Shown: in pieces, positions 14,353 through 27,890 of the stretch
Layout of the letters: the number at the start of each line of letters is the position of its first letter
Position numbering within the stretch: position 1 is the first letter of the stretch
Assembly (NCBI RefSeq): GCF_006345805.1
Contig: NC_043005.1
Coordinates: 74,958,001-75,022,000 of the forward strand
DNA: 64,000 nt
Direction: 5' to 3'
DNA from: Octopus sinensis
Lineage: Eukaryota
The notes under the pieces: model-generated
What the model was told of the DNA's origin: nothing
Databases searched by the model: none
What the model saw: only the letters and a program-made list of their open reading frames with translations
Made by a program: the position numbers and the translations under genes

Positions 14353-14863
14353 CCGTAAATCCTCAAGTATAATCTGCATTTTCCCCCAAAATTTAAAGGT
14401 CAAAATCCTTAGTATGTATTATACACAAGGTTAAAAATGAAAATTATTTTCTAAGCAATGTCCGAGTCTCTATTTGCTGTCCGGCAATGTTTATTCAGAT
14501 GCATTTTGTAATGTCGGACGCGAAAATATCTTAAGCTAAGCCTGAAAGCAATGAAGTCATAAAAGAATCATCCATAAGTTGCAATAAGCAACATTTATTA
14601 AATGTTATTACTGTTATTTCTTTATTTTCTGCAAACAAAATGCACAGAAAAGCTACACGTTTGCATTATGTTATATTTACAATAATGATAAAGTACATTA
14701 CCGTATACATTTTTACAAACCAAGGACGTTATATAGACCTCTTTGACTCAAGTTAGAGAAGGGGTGCGTATTATACACAAGGTTTAGGCTTTTCAGAGGT
14801 ACAGACCCCTAAAAATCACCTGCGTATTATACTCAAGGGCAGACTATACTCGAGGGTTTACGG
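14353..14863. mobile_element. 511-bp TA-flanked Tc1/mariner-pogo type MITE
   Basis: TA|CCGTAAATCCTCAAGTATA...ATACTCGAGGGTTTACGG|TA. Confidence 0.8.
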
Positions 14864-14977
14864 TACTGAAAAACAGTAATCCATGATTTTGTTGTTTGGT
14901 AGGTATGCATGTGAGACTCAGGGACGTATGTTCCAGGTGTGCTAGGAGAGTACTGCACATCCATTGAAAATGGCAAA

Positions 14978-15372
14978 TCTTTATATATAAAAGAGAGGTT
15001 GTGTGCTCTCTGTCTCCTATGATTTAGATTCCTAACTGCTCCCACATTTTGTGGTGCACTTTAACCAAAACCGGGTATCTTATAGTCGTGATTCATATCG
15101 AGCCCTTCTGGGTATTAGCGTGCGTCTACGATGAGTCTATGATTTAAAAAAAATTTACCATCAATTTTTCCCATTTTTTAATGCATTTTTGGCATATATA
15201 AGGGAAGTAACTCTCTAAAAATGTATTATTAAATCTCAGAACGTAAAAAGCTACAGTACCCCCCCCCTTTGTGGTTAGCCATATTGAGATGGCTATTATA
15301 CTTTACATCTCTAAAAATGCTTATATAGTTATTTTCCTTACAAATCCGAGCAACGCCGGGCGATACTGCTAG
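14978..15372 (+). mobile_element. Non-autonomous Helitron (same family), SLC40A1 intron 1
   Basis: A|TCTTTATATATAAAA...ccgagcaacgccggg...CTAG|T. Confidence 0.92.
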
Positions 15373-16934
15373 TTTATTATAAATATTAAGCTTCCGTGTC
15401 GGTGGCACGTAAAAAGCACCATCCAAATCGTAGCCGAAGCCAGTGCTACCTCGACTGGCTTCCATAAAATGCACCATCCGAATTGTGGCCGATGCCAGCG
15501 TCGCCTCGACTGGCTTCCATGTCGGTGGCACGTAAAAAGCACCATCTGAATCGTAGCCTAAGCCAGTGCCACCTTGACTGGCTTCCATAAAATGCACCAA
15601 TCTGACCGTGGCCGATGCCAGCCTCGCCTGGCACCAGTGCAGGTGGCACGTAAAAAGCACCCACTACACTCACGGAGTGGTTGGCGTTAGGAAGGGCATC
15701 CAGCTGTAGAAACTTTGCCAGATAAGACCGGAGCCTGGTGCAGCCTTCTGGCTTCCCAGATCCCCGGTCGAACCGTCCAACCCATGCTAGCATGGAGAAC
15801 GGACGTTAAACGATGATGATGATGATGATGATGATGATTAACCTTACTTGTTAATTTAATCACAAATCTTAGTGGAAAACTTTTGTTATACTCCAGCTTG
15901 AAATTTGGTGGCATTAGGTGTAGCAGCACACCCAATACAACAACTGCGATATGCCACTGGTGAAGCTGTGCATGAATGATATAACAACACAAAGCAAACA
16001 CTTAATAGTAGCTTTTGTTTCACCACACAAGTAATATTGAGGTTGGTCATGAATTATAAGTTTAACAAAAGGTCAACACAACTGAAGGAATAATTCAGTA
16101 ATACTCTTTTACTCTTTAACTCTTTTGCTTGTTTCAGTCATTTGACTGCGGCCATGCTGGAGCACCGCCTTTAGCCGAGCAAATTGACCCCAGGACTTAT
16201 TCTTTGTAAGCCTAGTACTTATTCTATCGGTCTCTTTTGCCGAACTGCTAAGTTACAGGGACGTAAACATACCAGCATCGGTTGTCAAGCAATGTTGGGG
16301 ATACAAACACAGACACACAGACACAGACACACACACACACACACACATATATATACATATATACAATGAGCTTCTTTCAATTTCCGTCTACCAAATCCAC
16401 TCACAAGGCTTTGGTTGGCCCAAGGCTACAGTAGGAGGCACTTGCCCAAGGTGCCACGCAGTGGGACTGAACCCGGAACCATGTGATTGGTAAGCAAGCT
16501 ACTTACCACACAGCCACTCCTGCGCCTAGTGTTCATAAATATTTGATTATTAAAGCTCTGTACTGAAATTTGTCAAGACAAGAATATATACACACTAGAT
16601 TTATATCAGTCAACTATATTGACATATTCAGGCTGAGCAGAAGGTTGTGAAAACAACTACTGTAAACAGCAAGAGAGTGTGTGGAGCAAGGCCATGGGTT
16701 ATTACTAGTTTTTATATAACTCTTGTAAGGAAATGTACTAGAGCCTTATATGATAGAATGACCTTTCACATGATGTCTGGCTACTGCTTGCTCGTGTGAA
16801 CAAGATTGTGCTATGTCGTGGCTTAAACTTTGTTATTTGACAACTTGGTTTGAAGTCATTAAAAATAATCATTGAATTATTTATGAAGTTTTTTCAAATT
16901 CAGATTTTCAAATTATATATTTATGCATTTTCAG

Positions 16935-17002
16935 GAAACTTGAAGAAATATTTCACAAGTCTATCCTTCCTTGTCTACAGTAGTCATGCTCTTTCCTGCT
17001 GG
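16935..17002 (+). CDS. SLC40A1: Ferroportin coding exon 2 (NLKKYFTSLSFLVYSSHALSCW)
   Basis: ttttcAG acceptor, GTAAGT donor at 17003; 68 nt; matches ferroportin TM1 (human YLTSAKFLLYLGHSLSTW). Confidence 0.93.
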
Positions 17003-18355
17003 GTAAGTAAAAGACAAGAATAAAGTTTTTTTCATCATTGAAACTAATTTTTTTTAAAACAATTGATTTTATGTATTAGCTGGAAATGTTTTAAAAACCA
17101 TCATCATCATCAGTTTAATATTCATATTCTCATGTTTGCCTGGGTTAGATCAGTGGTTCCCAACTGGGGTCAATATGGCCCTTGGGACTCCATATGGCAC
17201 TTGTGGGATCCATATGAGATTTTGTTGTTAAAGTTTCATCATCATCATCATCATCATTTAGCATCTGTTTTCCATGCTAGCATGGGTTGGACGGTTCAAC
17301 TGGGGTCTGTGAAACCAGAAGGCTGCATCAGGCCCAGTCTGATCTGGCAGTGTTTCTATGGCTGGATGCCCTTCCTAACACCAACCACTCCGCGTGTGTA
17401 GTGGGTGCTTTTTACGTGCCACCTGCACAGGAGCCAGACAGAACTGGCAAACGGCCACGAACGGATGGTGCTTTTACGTGCCACCGGTACGGGGGCCAGG
17501 CGAGGCTGGCAATGGCCACGAACGGATGGTGCTTTTTACGTGCCACTGGCACAGAGGCCAGTCGGGGCGGCGCTGGCAATGGCCACGATCGGATGGTTCG
17601 CTTACTTGTCACCGGCACTGGTATCACAGCCGCAATTTCCATTGATGTTGATCGACTTCGATTTTGGTTCTGCTTTCTGATTTGATTTGGTTAAAGTTTA
17701 TCTGCAATAAATCTGCTATATTTCTACAATTCACAAATTATGTTAACAATTTTTTAATACAATTCCTTATAATATTTAATTATAAAAATATATGATTTTT
17801 TAAACATCAAATGGCTAGGAGGGTCCATCTGAGTAAAATAGGAATCAAAAGCATCTAGAAGCAAAAAATGGTTGAGAAACACTAGATGAGATGGAATTCT
17901 TTGAGGCAGATTTTCTACAATGTTCTTCTAGTTGCCAGCCCTCATCTGTTTCCAAGCATGGTGCCTGACGTACGGGAGATCCACTCTTTAGGTAATTCCC
18001 TAATAGTTTCTCTATATTTGAGAACTTCACTTGTACTTTTCTTTTTGTCCTTTATATCTGAAAAGTCTAAAGTGGCAAGCTGGCAGAATCATAAGCACAC
18101 CAGGCAAAATGCTTAGCAGCATTTTGTCTGATTTTATGTTCTGAGTTCAAATCCCACCGAGGTTGACTTTACCTTTCATCCTTTCAGGGTTGATAAAATA
18201 AGCACCAGCTGAGTATTGGGGGCAACATAACTGACTTACTCCTTATCCTGAACTTGCTGGCCTTGTACTGAAATTTGAAGTCAGTATCTGAAAAGTCTAA
18301 CTTTGCTTGATACAAAACCAACGAAATTGCTCAAGTGTTCTCCTTTTATTTTCTA

Positions 18356-18757
18356 CTAGCAGTATCACCCGGCGTTGCTCGGGTTTGTAAGGGAAATAAC
18401 TATATAAGCATTTTTAGAGATGTAAAGTATAATAGCCATCTCAATATGGCTAACCACAAAGAGGGGGGGGTGTTACTGTAGCTTTTTACGTTCTGAGATT
18501 TAATAATACATTTTTAGAGAGTTACTTCCCTTATATAAACCGAGCGAAAATGCATTAAAAATACGGAAAAATTATGGTAATTTTTTTTTAAATCGTAGAC
18601 TCATCGTAGACGCGTGCTAATACCCAGAAGGGCTCGATATGAATCACGACTATAAGATACCCGCTTTTGGTTAAACTGCACTGCAAAATGTGGGAGTAGT
18701 TAGGAATCTAAATCGTAGGAGACAGACACACAACCTTACTTTTATATATAAAGAAGA
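18356..18757 (-). mobile_element. Non-autonomous Helitron (same family), SLC40A1 intron 2, inverted
   Basis: Reverse complement of the 14978-15372 and 46764-47160 copies, with TC/CTAG ends. Confidence 0.92.
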
Positions 18758-19110
18758 TATCTTGAATCAAAAACTTCCTATCAACCAGCACAATTGCAGC
18801 ATGCATCTGACATGACTCATTAACCCATATTTTATCAACTGCCTGTGCCTTAGGGTTCCATCTGCATATTCATGACCTTATTGTCACATCTAACCATATA
18901 TCCTCCTGTAGCCCTTCATTCTTTCTTAACTTTCTTCACATAACCATCATTCACAAACAAGATGCCTCCAAAACATCCTCCAATAGAGTCATGACAATTT
19001 GCAGCTCTAAAACACAATCTCTACTCACATCAAGAAAACAGTTTTGCTCTATACTTAGTTGTGAGTTGAGCCTGTATAATTCAGGCTCAACTCACAACCA
19101 AGTCCCTTAA

Positions 19111-19331
19111 CTCTTTCATTACTAACCTGGCTGAAACCGGCTCTGGCTCTGTAGTACAAATGTCTTGATTTCATAAGTTTTGAATTAAAATTTTCCACCA
19201 AACCTTAGTCACAGTTTATGTTCCTAACACTAGCTGAATGATAACTAAGTTATTTTACTGAATTCTTTGTTATATTTTAAATAACTGAAAGAAACACTGA
19301 GCATCTCAAAATAAATATGGTAACGAAAGGG
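19111..19331. mobile_element. About 220-bp TTAA MITE; further copies 9423-9642, 39556-39776, 53618-53836
   Basis: Same CCCTTTC(G/A)TTAC termini as the 34513 element, TTAA flanks, four near-identical copies. Confidence 0.88.
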
Positions 19332-19626
19332 TTAAACTCATCACAGGTCTCAGAATCTCGTGTGTGTGTGTGTGTGTCTCGATATAGGTTGGAATTCTAA
19401 TTATTCTATGTTAAATGTTAATAATTCTGAAACTATAGTTGAATATGTTTGCCAACCAAATCCATAAGTTGAGTTTACAGATAGTCATGCTAATTAATTT
19501 TGCTATTTTGCTAGTTTATGAAATATCAAAAATAATTTGTAATCATTTCAAAATGGTTGTTCTGCGTTCCTTTAAAATTATGAAATATATGATTGGCTGT
19601 TTATATTTCTTTGTTTTCTTATCCAG

Positions 19627-19786
19627 GGAGACCGTATGTGGTCGTTTTCGGTTGGACTCTTTCTGATAGAGATTGCTCCTGAAAATCTAAGGCTCACTGC
19701 TACCTATGGCCTGTTGTCAGGCATCATGATCTTTTTCATGGGTGCTATCGTTGGCAATTGGGTTGACAAAACTGAACGGTTGAAAA
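19627..19786 (+). CDS. SLC40A1: Ferroportin coding exon 3 (GDRMWSFSVGLFLIEIAPENLRLTATYGLLSG...GAIVGNWVDKTERLK)
   Basis: ccAG/GTAAGT boundaries; 160 nt; GDRMW and G.WVD...RLK ferroportin motifs. Confidence 0.97.
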
Positions 19787-19974
19787 GTAAGTGAAACTAT
19801 TTCTCTGTTTAAGATAATATATCATTAACCATGCAGCTTTCAGTCATAGAGGGAGTCGGTGTTGATGTTATGTTTGGAAAGATGAACAAGTTTTCATGAA
19901 GTTTTAGCTTTTAACATTTTATTACCCTTCAAAATCAATGAATTATTCAACAAGAGAACCTCTGTGTGGTCTCT

Positions 19975-20178
19975 ATAACTGTTTTCTCGGTGACAATGTG
20001 AGACTTATATAACTGTTTTCTTGGTGACAAAGTGAGACTTATATAACTGTTTTCTTGGTGACAAAGTGAGACTTGCATAACTGTTTTCTTGGTGACAAAG
20101 TGAGACTTACATAACTGTTTTCTTGGTGACAAAGTGAGACTTATATAACTGTTTTCTTGGTGACAAAGTGAGACTTAT
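19975..20178. repeat. 34-bp minisatellite, about 6 copies
   Basis: Unit ataactgttttcttggtgacaaagtgagacttat at 19975, 20009, 20043, etc. Confidence 0.95.
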
Positions 20179-21655
20179 TAAGGCACCCTGCCAAATGTTT
20201 TTGCCTATTCCTTTTCAGAAGATTTTCATGTCATATAGGAGTTTCCTTCTTTGAGTCTTGTAAAGTTCTGGTAACTTAGAATCTGCATCCAGGAAGGTCA
20301 TCCATATCTTGAGATATATAGTTTTCCAGAGCAACACCACCAATTTATCTTGATTCAGGCTTATAAATCAGGGTATATATCTTATAGTTATTAAGAGGAA
20401 TGACTAGTAACCATGTGCAAAAAATCCTGATCTCATGGGTAGCTACCGCAACTAATCCAATGACCTGACATTGTTAAGCAAGTGAATTTGCTTCCAGGCT
20501 GATCTTATCCATCTGCATTTATAGAACCAACTCTTAATACAGCCATATGAGGAAAACGAAAAGTGGGAAAGGTCACATACCTTGTTTTTGAAGGGACAGG
20601 TAATGTTGTTTTCTTGGTGGCAAAGAGGCTTATTAAGGCACGCTGCCAAAGGTTTTTCTCCATCTTTTTCAGAAGATTTTTCAAGTCACATAGGAGTTTC
20701 CATGTAAACTTCTCGTAATTTTTTTTTATCAGAAGTCCATTATAGGGTGTTTTGGGGATAAGATCCTCGAAGCCCTCCTCCTCCTCTTCTATTTTTGTAG
20801 TTTTTTGTTACATTGTGTTGTGTCCTTCATCAATTCACTATTGTTTTGTTTTTTTTCATTTAGAACAGAGGAGTTGAGAAGTGGTGTGGCTAGTGTAGTT
20901 GATGATGATGATGATGATATTGTTTTTGTTGTTTCTGTTTTAGCAACTTTTCTTCAATCTGGAATTAAAAACTTGCTCATGAATTAGACTCACTAGGGGG
21001 CACCCCTTCATCAATGATGCTCAGCTTATAACGATTTTAATGAATGTTGTCTAAACCTATATATTAATATTGATTTTCACTTGAAAATGAATTATATAAT
21101 TCACAGCCAGTTTTATATTTCCTCTCCCTCTGTGATAACCAATCATTCATCATACTAACTTCGCTCTCTGTAGAGAACTATGGCTCAATGTCCGTTTATA
21201 AATCAGCAGAACACATGCAAGATGTTGTTAATATTGTTTGCATTGCTGATTAAAGAAGAATCAGAAATTGTAATTGTGCTTTTATGGCTCTCTCTCAATG
21301 CTTGTTCAGCTTGAATGCTATTTGATATCTTTGTTCTTTGCATTCACTCTCAGTAACAATTCTATATGTTTATTCACATATGCGTTCGTGTTTGTCTATG
21401 AATGTATATTCTTTTGATTGCCGCCACACTAAGGCACAACTTTGAAGGTCTTTTAGTCAACCACATCTACCTCAGTGTTTAATTTGAGACTTGTAGTCTT
21501 CTCTCAGTCACTATTTGCTGCAATGCTAAGTCAAGTCATGGAGATGTAAACATAATAACACTGATTGTCAAGCTGAAGAACTTCTATGTAGTGGGACTGA
21601 ACCTGAAACTACATGGTTGTAAAGTAGACTTCTTAACCATGTGTCCATACGTGTT

Positions 21656-21727
<72 letters not shown>

Positions 21728-23049
21728 TTAACATCCATCTTCCATGTTGGCATGAGTTGGAATGTTTTGGGCTTACAAAGAATAAGTCCTGGGGTTGATT
21801 TGCTCGACTAAAGGCGGTGCTCCAGCATGGCCGCAGTCAAATGACTGAAACAAGTAAAAGAGTAAAAGAGTATATCTAAAACATTTTTGTACTCCAGAAA
21901 ATAAAGGTATTAAGTTTCCTTTCTGTTTTCTTCATTGTTTAAATGAGGATTATAAATTACTTAAGCTTGCCACTGCACTACCAGTTATAATCTCAAATGT
22001 ATAGTTTGTATTATTACAGAACATAGAGACAGTGAGCTGGCAGAATTGTTAGCATGCTGGGTAAAATTCTTTGGGGCGTTTCATCTGTCTTTGTTCTGAG
22101 TTCAAATTCCGCTGAGGTTAACTCTGACTTTCATCCTTTCGGGGTTGATAAAATAAGTACCAGCTGAGTGCTGAGGTCAATGCAGTCGACTTACCACTTT
22201 CATCGAAATTGCTGGCCTTGTGCCAAAATTTGAAATCATTACTACAGAACATACAGGTGATGAGATGGTAGAATTTCTAGCACGCTGGGTGAAATGCTTA
22301 GCAGCATTTTGTCTGTCTCCATATTCTGAGTTCAAAATCTGCTGAGGTTGACTTTGCTTTTCATCCTTTTGGGGTTGATAAAATAAGTACCAGTTGAGTA
22401 CTTGGGCCGATGTAATCTACTTATCCTCCTCTTTCAAATTCCAGGCCTTGTGCCTATAGTAGAAAGGATTATTCTCTGCTTGCAAAGACCTGTTGAGGCA
22501 AGTGAAATCAAAGTCGAAATCGAAATCAAATTCGATGACTGCCATCCGTGCTAGTGGAGCGCTAAGAGTACCATCCGAGCATGATCGTTGCCAGAGCAAA
22601 AAACTGGCTTCTGTGCTGGTGGCACATAAAAAGCTCCATTCAAGCATGATCGTTACCTGCATCGCCTTACTGGCACTTGTGCTGGTGGCACGTGAAAAAA
22701 CATTCGAGTGAGGTCATTGCCAGTGCCGCTGGACTGGCTCCTGTGCAGGTGGCACATAAAAAGCACCATTTGAGCATTGCCGTTGCCAGTACCGCCTGAC
22801 TGGCCCTCGTGCCGGTGGCACGTAAAAGCACCCACTACACTCTTGTAGTGGTTGGCGTTAGGAAGGGCATCCAGCTGTAGAAATTCTGCCAGATCAGATT
22901 GGAGTTTGGTGCAGCCATCTGGTTCACCAGACCTGTCAAATCGTCCAACCCATGCTAGCATGGAAAGCAGACGTTAAACGAGGATGTTAATGATGATGAT
23001 GACATTCATAAACAAACACTGAAGCATCGAGTGAGCTGGTATTTTTAGA

Positions 23050-23300
23050 AATGAAGAAAATCTCAAGTACAAGAAAATAGCTCAGAGGATTGGGTAAAAC
23101 ACTCTTATAGATGGGAAAACATGGCCAGCAAACCGCTACAGAGAATCAAACTCTGTACTTCTCAAATTCTAAAAGTACAGAGTTTGATTCTTTGTAGCAG
23201 TTTACTGGCCATGTTTTCCCAAATATAAGTATACTTTACATGATTCTCTGAGCTCTATTCACAGCTGTTCTCCTGCATTTTAAGATTTCCTTCATTTGTA
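23050..23300. repeat. Foldback (about 250 bp) in SLC40A1 intron 3
   Basis: Inner arms 23113-23160 and 23173-23220 are near-perfect reverse complements, 12-nt loop; weaker outer arms. Confidence 0.85.
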
Positions 23301-24037
23301 CAAATAGTAAGATTACATTTTGGGCAAACAAGAGTTTTACTGTTTTGTTTGATTTCATATTTTACAAAGTAGTCCTTTTGTGTTCTGAGTTCAAAACCTG
23401 CAGGTGGCAGCTTTATCATTTCAACTTCCCTGAGTCAAACATCAAGCATGTGATGAAATATGGTGGATAAAATTGACTGCTCCCTTCTTATCTCATGATG
23501 TTTTTAGCATTTTGATTTTATATATGTATGCCCTTACTATCACCTCATTTTACAGTATAGACTGAGAGTCTTTTATCATGCTATCATCATGGCAGAGCAG
23601 CTGTCTCCCAAAACTGATGTACCCTCCACTGCACTGAATTAGTTAACCCTTACAAAAAGCTTTCTTTCGGCCAAATTAAGATATGGATATTATTGTATAA
23701 GGGATTTTTCTTGGTTAATATTTCCTTAGTTTTTGTTATATTTAATTTTGACAACTTGCACTCCATCAGTTCCAGTTGATCCCATCAACAGAAGAGCCTG
23801 CTCATGAAATTTATGTGCAAGTGGCTGAGTACTCCACAGATGCATGTACTCTTAACATAGTTCTCAAAGAGATTCAGAATGATGCAGAATATGGCAAGGT
23901 TGGCCCTTTGAATTAAACATTTGTTTTGTTGCAGTCCATGCATTTACTGATACTAAAATGAAAATTTACACCCAGACACATATATACATGTATACACATT
24001 CATATCTATGTATATTCTTTTTTTTTTTATTTTACAG

Positions 24038-24280
24038 CTGTTAAAATATCATTATTCATCCAGAACTCAAGTGTAATAGCATGTGCAATTGTTGTAGCAG
24101 TCTATTTAACTTGGAAAACCCAAATTGTTGACACTTGGAATGGATTTGGAGACATTCTCTCCAAAATTGCAATAATCGGTTTAGCTATTATTGCTAGACT
24201 TGCTTCCTTGGCAGGAAACATTTCTGTACGCAATGACTGGATTGTTGAAATAAGTGAAAGAGACCCAACTAAACTTGCTT
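24038..24280 (+). CDS. SLC40A1: Ferroportin coding exon 4 (TVKISLFIQNSSV...ARLASLAGNISVRNDWIVEISERDPTKLA)
   Basis: poly-T tacAG acceptor, GTGAGT donor; 243 nt, phase 1-1; QN.SV and DWIV motifs. Confidence 0.96.
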
Positions 24281-25887
24281 GTGAGTATTTCATCTCGGTG
24301 AAAATATATATTAAACTTCTAAACTTCTTTTTAAAATATCTTTATGTATTGTAATTTTAAAATATGAAAATAAATCTTTACTGAAATAAATATGTTTTCT
24401 TAAAATGTTTTAACGATATCATAGTTGATTTTGTCAAAAATTAAAAATCAAATTCGATGATTGGCATCCGTGGTGCTAGCGGGATGCAAAGAGCACCATA
24501 CGAGTGTGATCATTGACAGAGTGGCGAACCGGCTTCCATGCCAGTGGCACTTAAAAGGCACCATTCGAGCATGATCGTTACCAGCGTCGCACTACTGGCA
24601 CTTGAGCCCCGTGCTAGTAGGGTATTAAGAGCACCATCCAAGTGTGATCGTTGCCAGAGCGGCTATCTGGCCTCCGTACTGGTGGCATGTAAAAAACACC
24701 ATTCCAGCGGGATCGTTACCAGCATCGCCTTACTGGCACCTGCGCCGGTGGCATGTGTAAAAGATTCGAGCGAAGTCGTTGCCAGTGCCACCTGACTGGT
24801 CCTGTGCCGGTGGCACGTAAAGCACCCACAACACTCTCGGAGTGGTTGGCGTTAGGAAGGGCATCCAGCTGTAGAAACTCTGCCAGATCAAGATTGAAGC
24901 CTGGTGCAGCCATCTGGTTCGCCAGCCCTCAGTCATATGTCCAACCCATGCTAGCATGGAAAGCAGACATTAAACGATGATGATGATAGTTGCTATACAA
25001 TCAATTGAAAATTGTAAAGGCTGAGGTTTAAATGTAGTTCTAAATTTTGAAAAAATTTTTAGCAGATACAGATGTGAATGTGTGATTAAGAAGCTTGCTT
25101 TCCTACCATATTATCAGCATCTCAGGCGAGTGTTTTCTACTATAGCCCCAGGCTGACCAAAGTCTTGTGAGTAGACTTAGTAGATGGAAACTGAAAGAAG
25201 CCCATCACATACATACATGCATGGATGCATGATTGCATACATACATATTTATAAATATTAAATACATATACTACTCTTTACTCTCTTTTACTCTTTTACT
25301 TGTTTCAGTCATTTGACTGTGGTCATGCTGGAGCACTGCCTTTAGTCGAGCAAATCAACCCCAGGACTTATTCTTTGTAAGCCTATTACTTATTCTGTTG
25401 GTCTCTTTAGCCAAACTGCTAAGTTACAGGGATGTAAACACACCAGCATTGGTTGTCAAGTGATGTTGCGGGGACAAACACACACACATACGACGGGCAT
25501 TGGCTCAGGTGCTTTTTACATGACACCAGCTTTTTATGTGGCACAGAGTTAATCAGATCAGAGAACATATTCCAGTTGATAGATTGCCAGTCTGTCATAG
25601 GTAACTATATGATACCTATTCTTTGACAAGGCAAACCAGAGCAATGGAGACATAAATATCTTGCTCAAAAACACACATACCAATTAGATGTATAGTGCTA
25701 GTATCACTGGCTTTTACTTTCCGTATTGCTTAGTTTCATTTAGATCATTGGTTCTCAACCATTTTTTTTTATCTGTGGACCCCTTTGATTCCTACTTTAC
25801 TTGGATGAACCCTCTTAGTCATTTGGTGTTTAAAAGAATCATATTTTATTTTTATAATTAAATATTATTAGCAATTGTATAAAAAAT

Positions 25888-26236
25888 ATCACTGATCTAG
25901 ATGGTCTGATCACTGATCTAGATGGACTGATCACTGATCTAGATGGTCTGATCTTTGATCTAGACGGTCTGATCACTGATCTAGATGGACTGATCACTGA
26001 TCTAGACGGACTGATCACTGATCTAGATGGACTGATCACTGATCTAGATGGACTGATCACTGATCTAGACGGACTGATCACTGATCTAGACGGACTGATC
26101 ACTGATCTAGACGGACTGATCACTGATCTAGACAGACTGATCACTGATCTAGACGGACCGATCACTGATCTAGATGGACTGATTACTGATCTAGACGAAC
26201 TGATCACTGATCACTGGTCTAGATGGACTGATCACT
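25888..26236. repeat. 21-bp minisatellite, about 16 copies
   Basis: Unit atcactgatctaga(t/c)ggactg; explains the SPSRSVI pseudo-ORF. Confidence 0.95.
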
Positions 26237-26662
26237 TGAGGGTAAAATGTCTTCAGCTATTATAAGCCACAGTGCCTTTGGCGGCATATGAACTCCTGAT
26301 TCTTTGGTTAGTAGGCACAAGTATTTTAATTGTTTGGCTAGCAGCGACACTCTTGTTAAAGCATAAATTTTGTCAAATATAAATCTACAATCAATGATTC
26401 AAGGTATGATTAATTGTTTTCTTTCATGTTATATCTTATTTTCTGAAATTATGGCATAACATCAAACATGTATCTTTTACTTCTTTTCTAGAAGAGAAGA
26501 AAGAGAGAGAAAATAAAAATATAACATTAACCTCTTTATTCATTTACATTCTATCTTAATGTAAAACTATATTGATTTGATTAATTTTTATTAGTTCTTA
26601 ATTTCTTAACAGTGTTTTAATTAATTTTTGATCTTTGTCATCCTATTAATTTATTTATTTAG

Positions 26663-26890
26663 ACATGACTGCTGCCCTACGCCGTATTGACCTTGCAGTT
26701 AAACTCCTGTCACCTATTCTTGCTGGTCAGTTAATGACATACATTTCTATTGTGGCTGGTTCCCTGTTTATTGCTGTTTGGAATTTTATCTCAGTATTTA
26801 TAGAGTATTTTTTGCTATACAAAGTCTTCCAAGCAGTTCCAACTCTGGCTACAAAGAAAAAAAGTGTAACTGCTGGAGAAGAACAACAAG
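26663..26890 (+). CDS. SLC40A1: Ferroportin coding exon 5 (YMTAALRRIDLAVKLLSPILAGQLMT...WNFISVFIEYFLLYKVFQAVPTLA...)
   Basis: tttAG/GTAAT boundaries; 228 nt, phase 1-1; RRID, GQLMT, WN..S...EY motifs. Confidence 0.96.
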
Positions 26891-26999
26891 GTAATATGCT
26901 AACTAAAAACTATTGTATACTCCTCCTCTACCACCACTATGTGTGTGTGTGTGTCTGTGTGTGTGTGTGTGTGTGTCTGTGTATACTGACCAACATACT

Positions 27000-27890
27000 C
27001 TCATGGAATGTAACCAAATGAGGTTTATTTTTCAACATGGTCCCTCTTGTGGCTCATAGACTTTTTCCATCAATGTTGCAGTGCTTAAATCCTTTTGGTG
27101 AAGAAGCTTTCATCAACAGTAGATATGACATCACCATCACTGTAATACTGCTTTATCGTGTTGGGGGAACAGATGATAGAAACTTGAGGTCAAATCAAGA
27201 GAACAGGGAGGATTATCAACCAGGTCAAAGTCACAGTCATGTACAGCAGTCATTGAAACCAAGGACTCATTTGCTGGAGTATTGTCCTGATGAAACAAGA
27301 CTCCCTTTCATCAATTTTCCAGGGTTTTTTGTCTTAATAGCCTTTTATAACTGCCTCAGTAATTTGGCATAGAATTCTCCATTGATGGTGTGGTCATTTT
27401 GAAGATGGTTAATAAACACAATGCCTTTCACATCCCTAAAATCTGAGGCCATCACCTTCCCTGCAGATGAAATGATCTTGGCCTTCTTTGAAGCAGGCAA
27501 GGAGAGGTGTTTCCACTTCATGGATTGTCTCTGGCTCAAAGTGATGAAGCCAATACTCATACTGGGTTGGGAAATGTTTGAGGAAACCAGCTGGATTTCC
27601 TGTGATGTGATCAGCTTCTTGCGCTGTTTATCAGCTATCACATGTAACACTCGCTGAACAGAAACCTTCATCACACCAAGTTCATTGTGTAGAATATTCT
27701 CAACTCTCTCGCAATGTATGCCAGTAGCACTGGCTGTGTGATTTAGAGTTGACTCTCCATCTTCCATCACCATGTGGTGAACACAACCATTGTTTCCCTT
27801 GGTGGTGGCAGTTGCAGGACATCCAGACCCTGAGTCATATTCAAGACTCTCCCTTTCTCTCCTAAATTCAGCTGCCCACTTTTGCACTCT
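27000..27890 (-). mobile_element. Degraded mariner transposase in SLC40A1 intron 5
   Basis: Minus frame 27345-27887: KWAAEFRR.RESL, SGCPAT, LHNELGVMKVS, KKAK...SAGKVMAS, TINGEFYAKLLRQL. Confidence 0.85.

Noticed and set aside
25839-26207. 122-aa SPSRSVI repeat ORF
   Set aside because: Simply the translation of the 21-bp minisatellite
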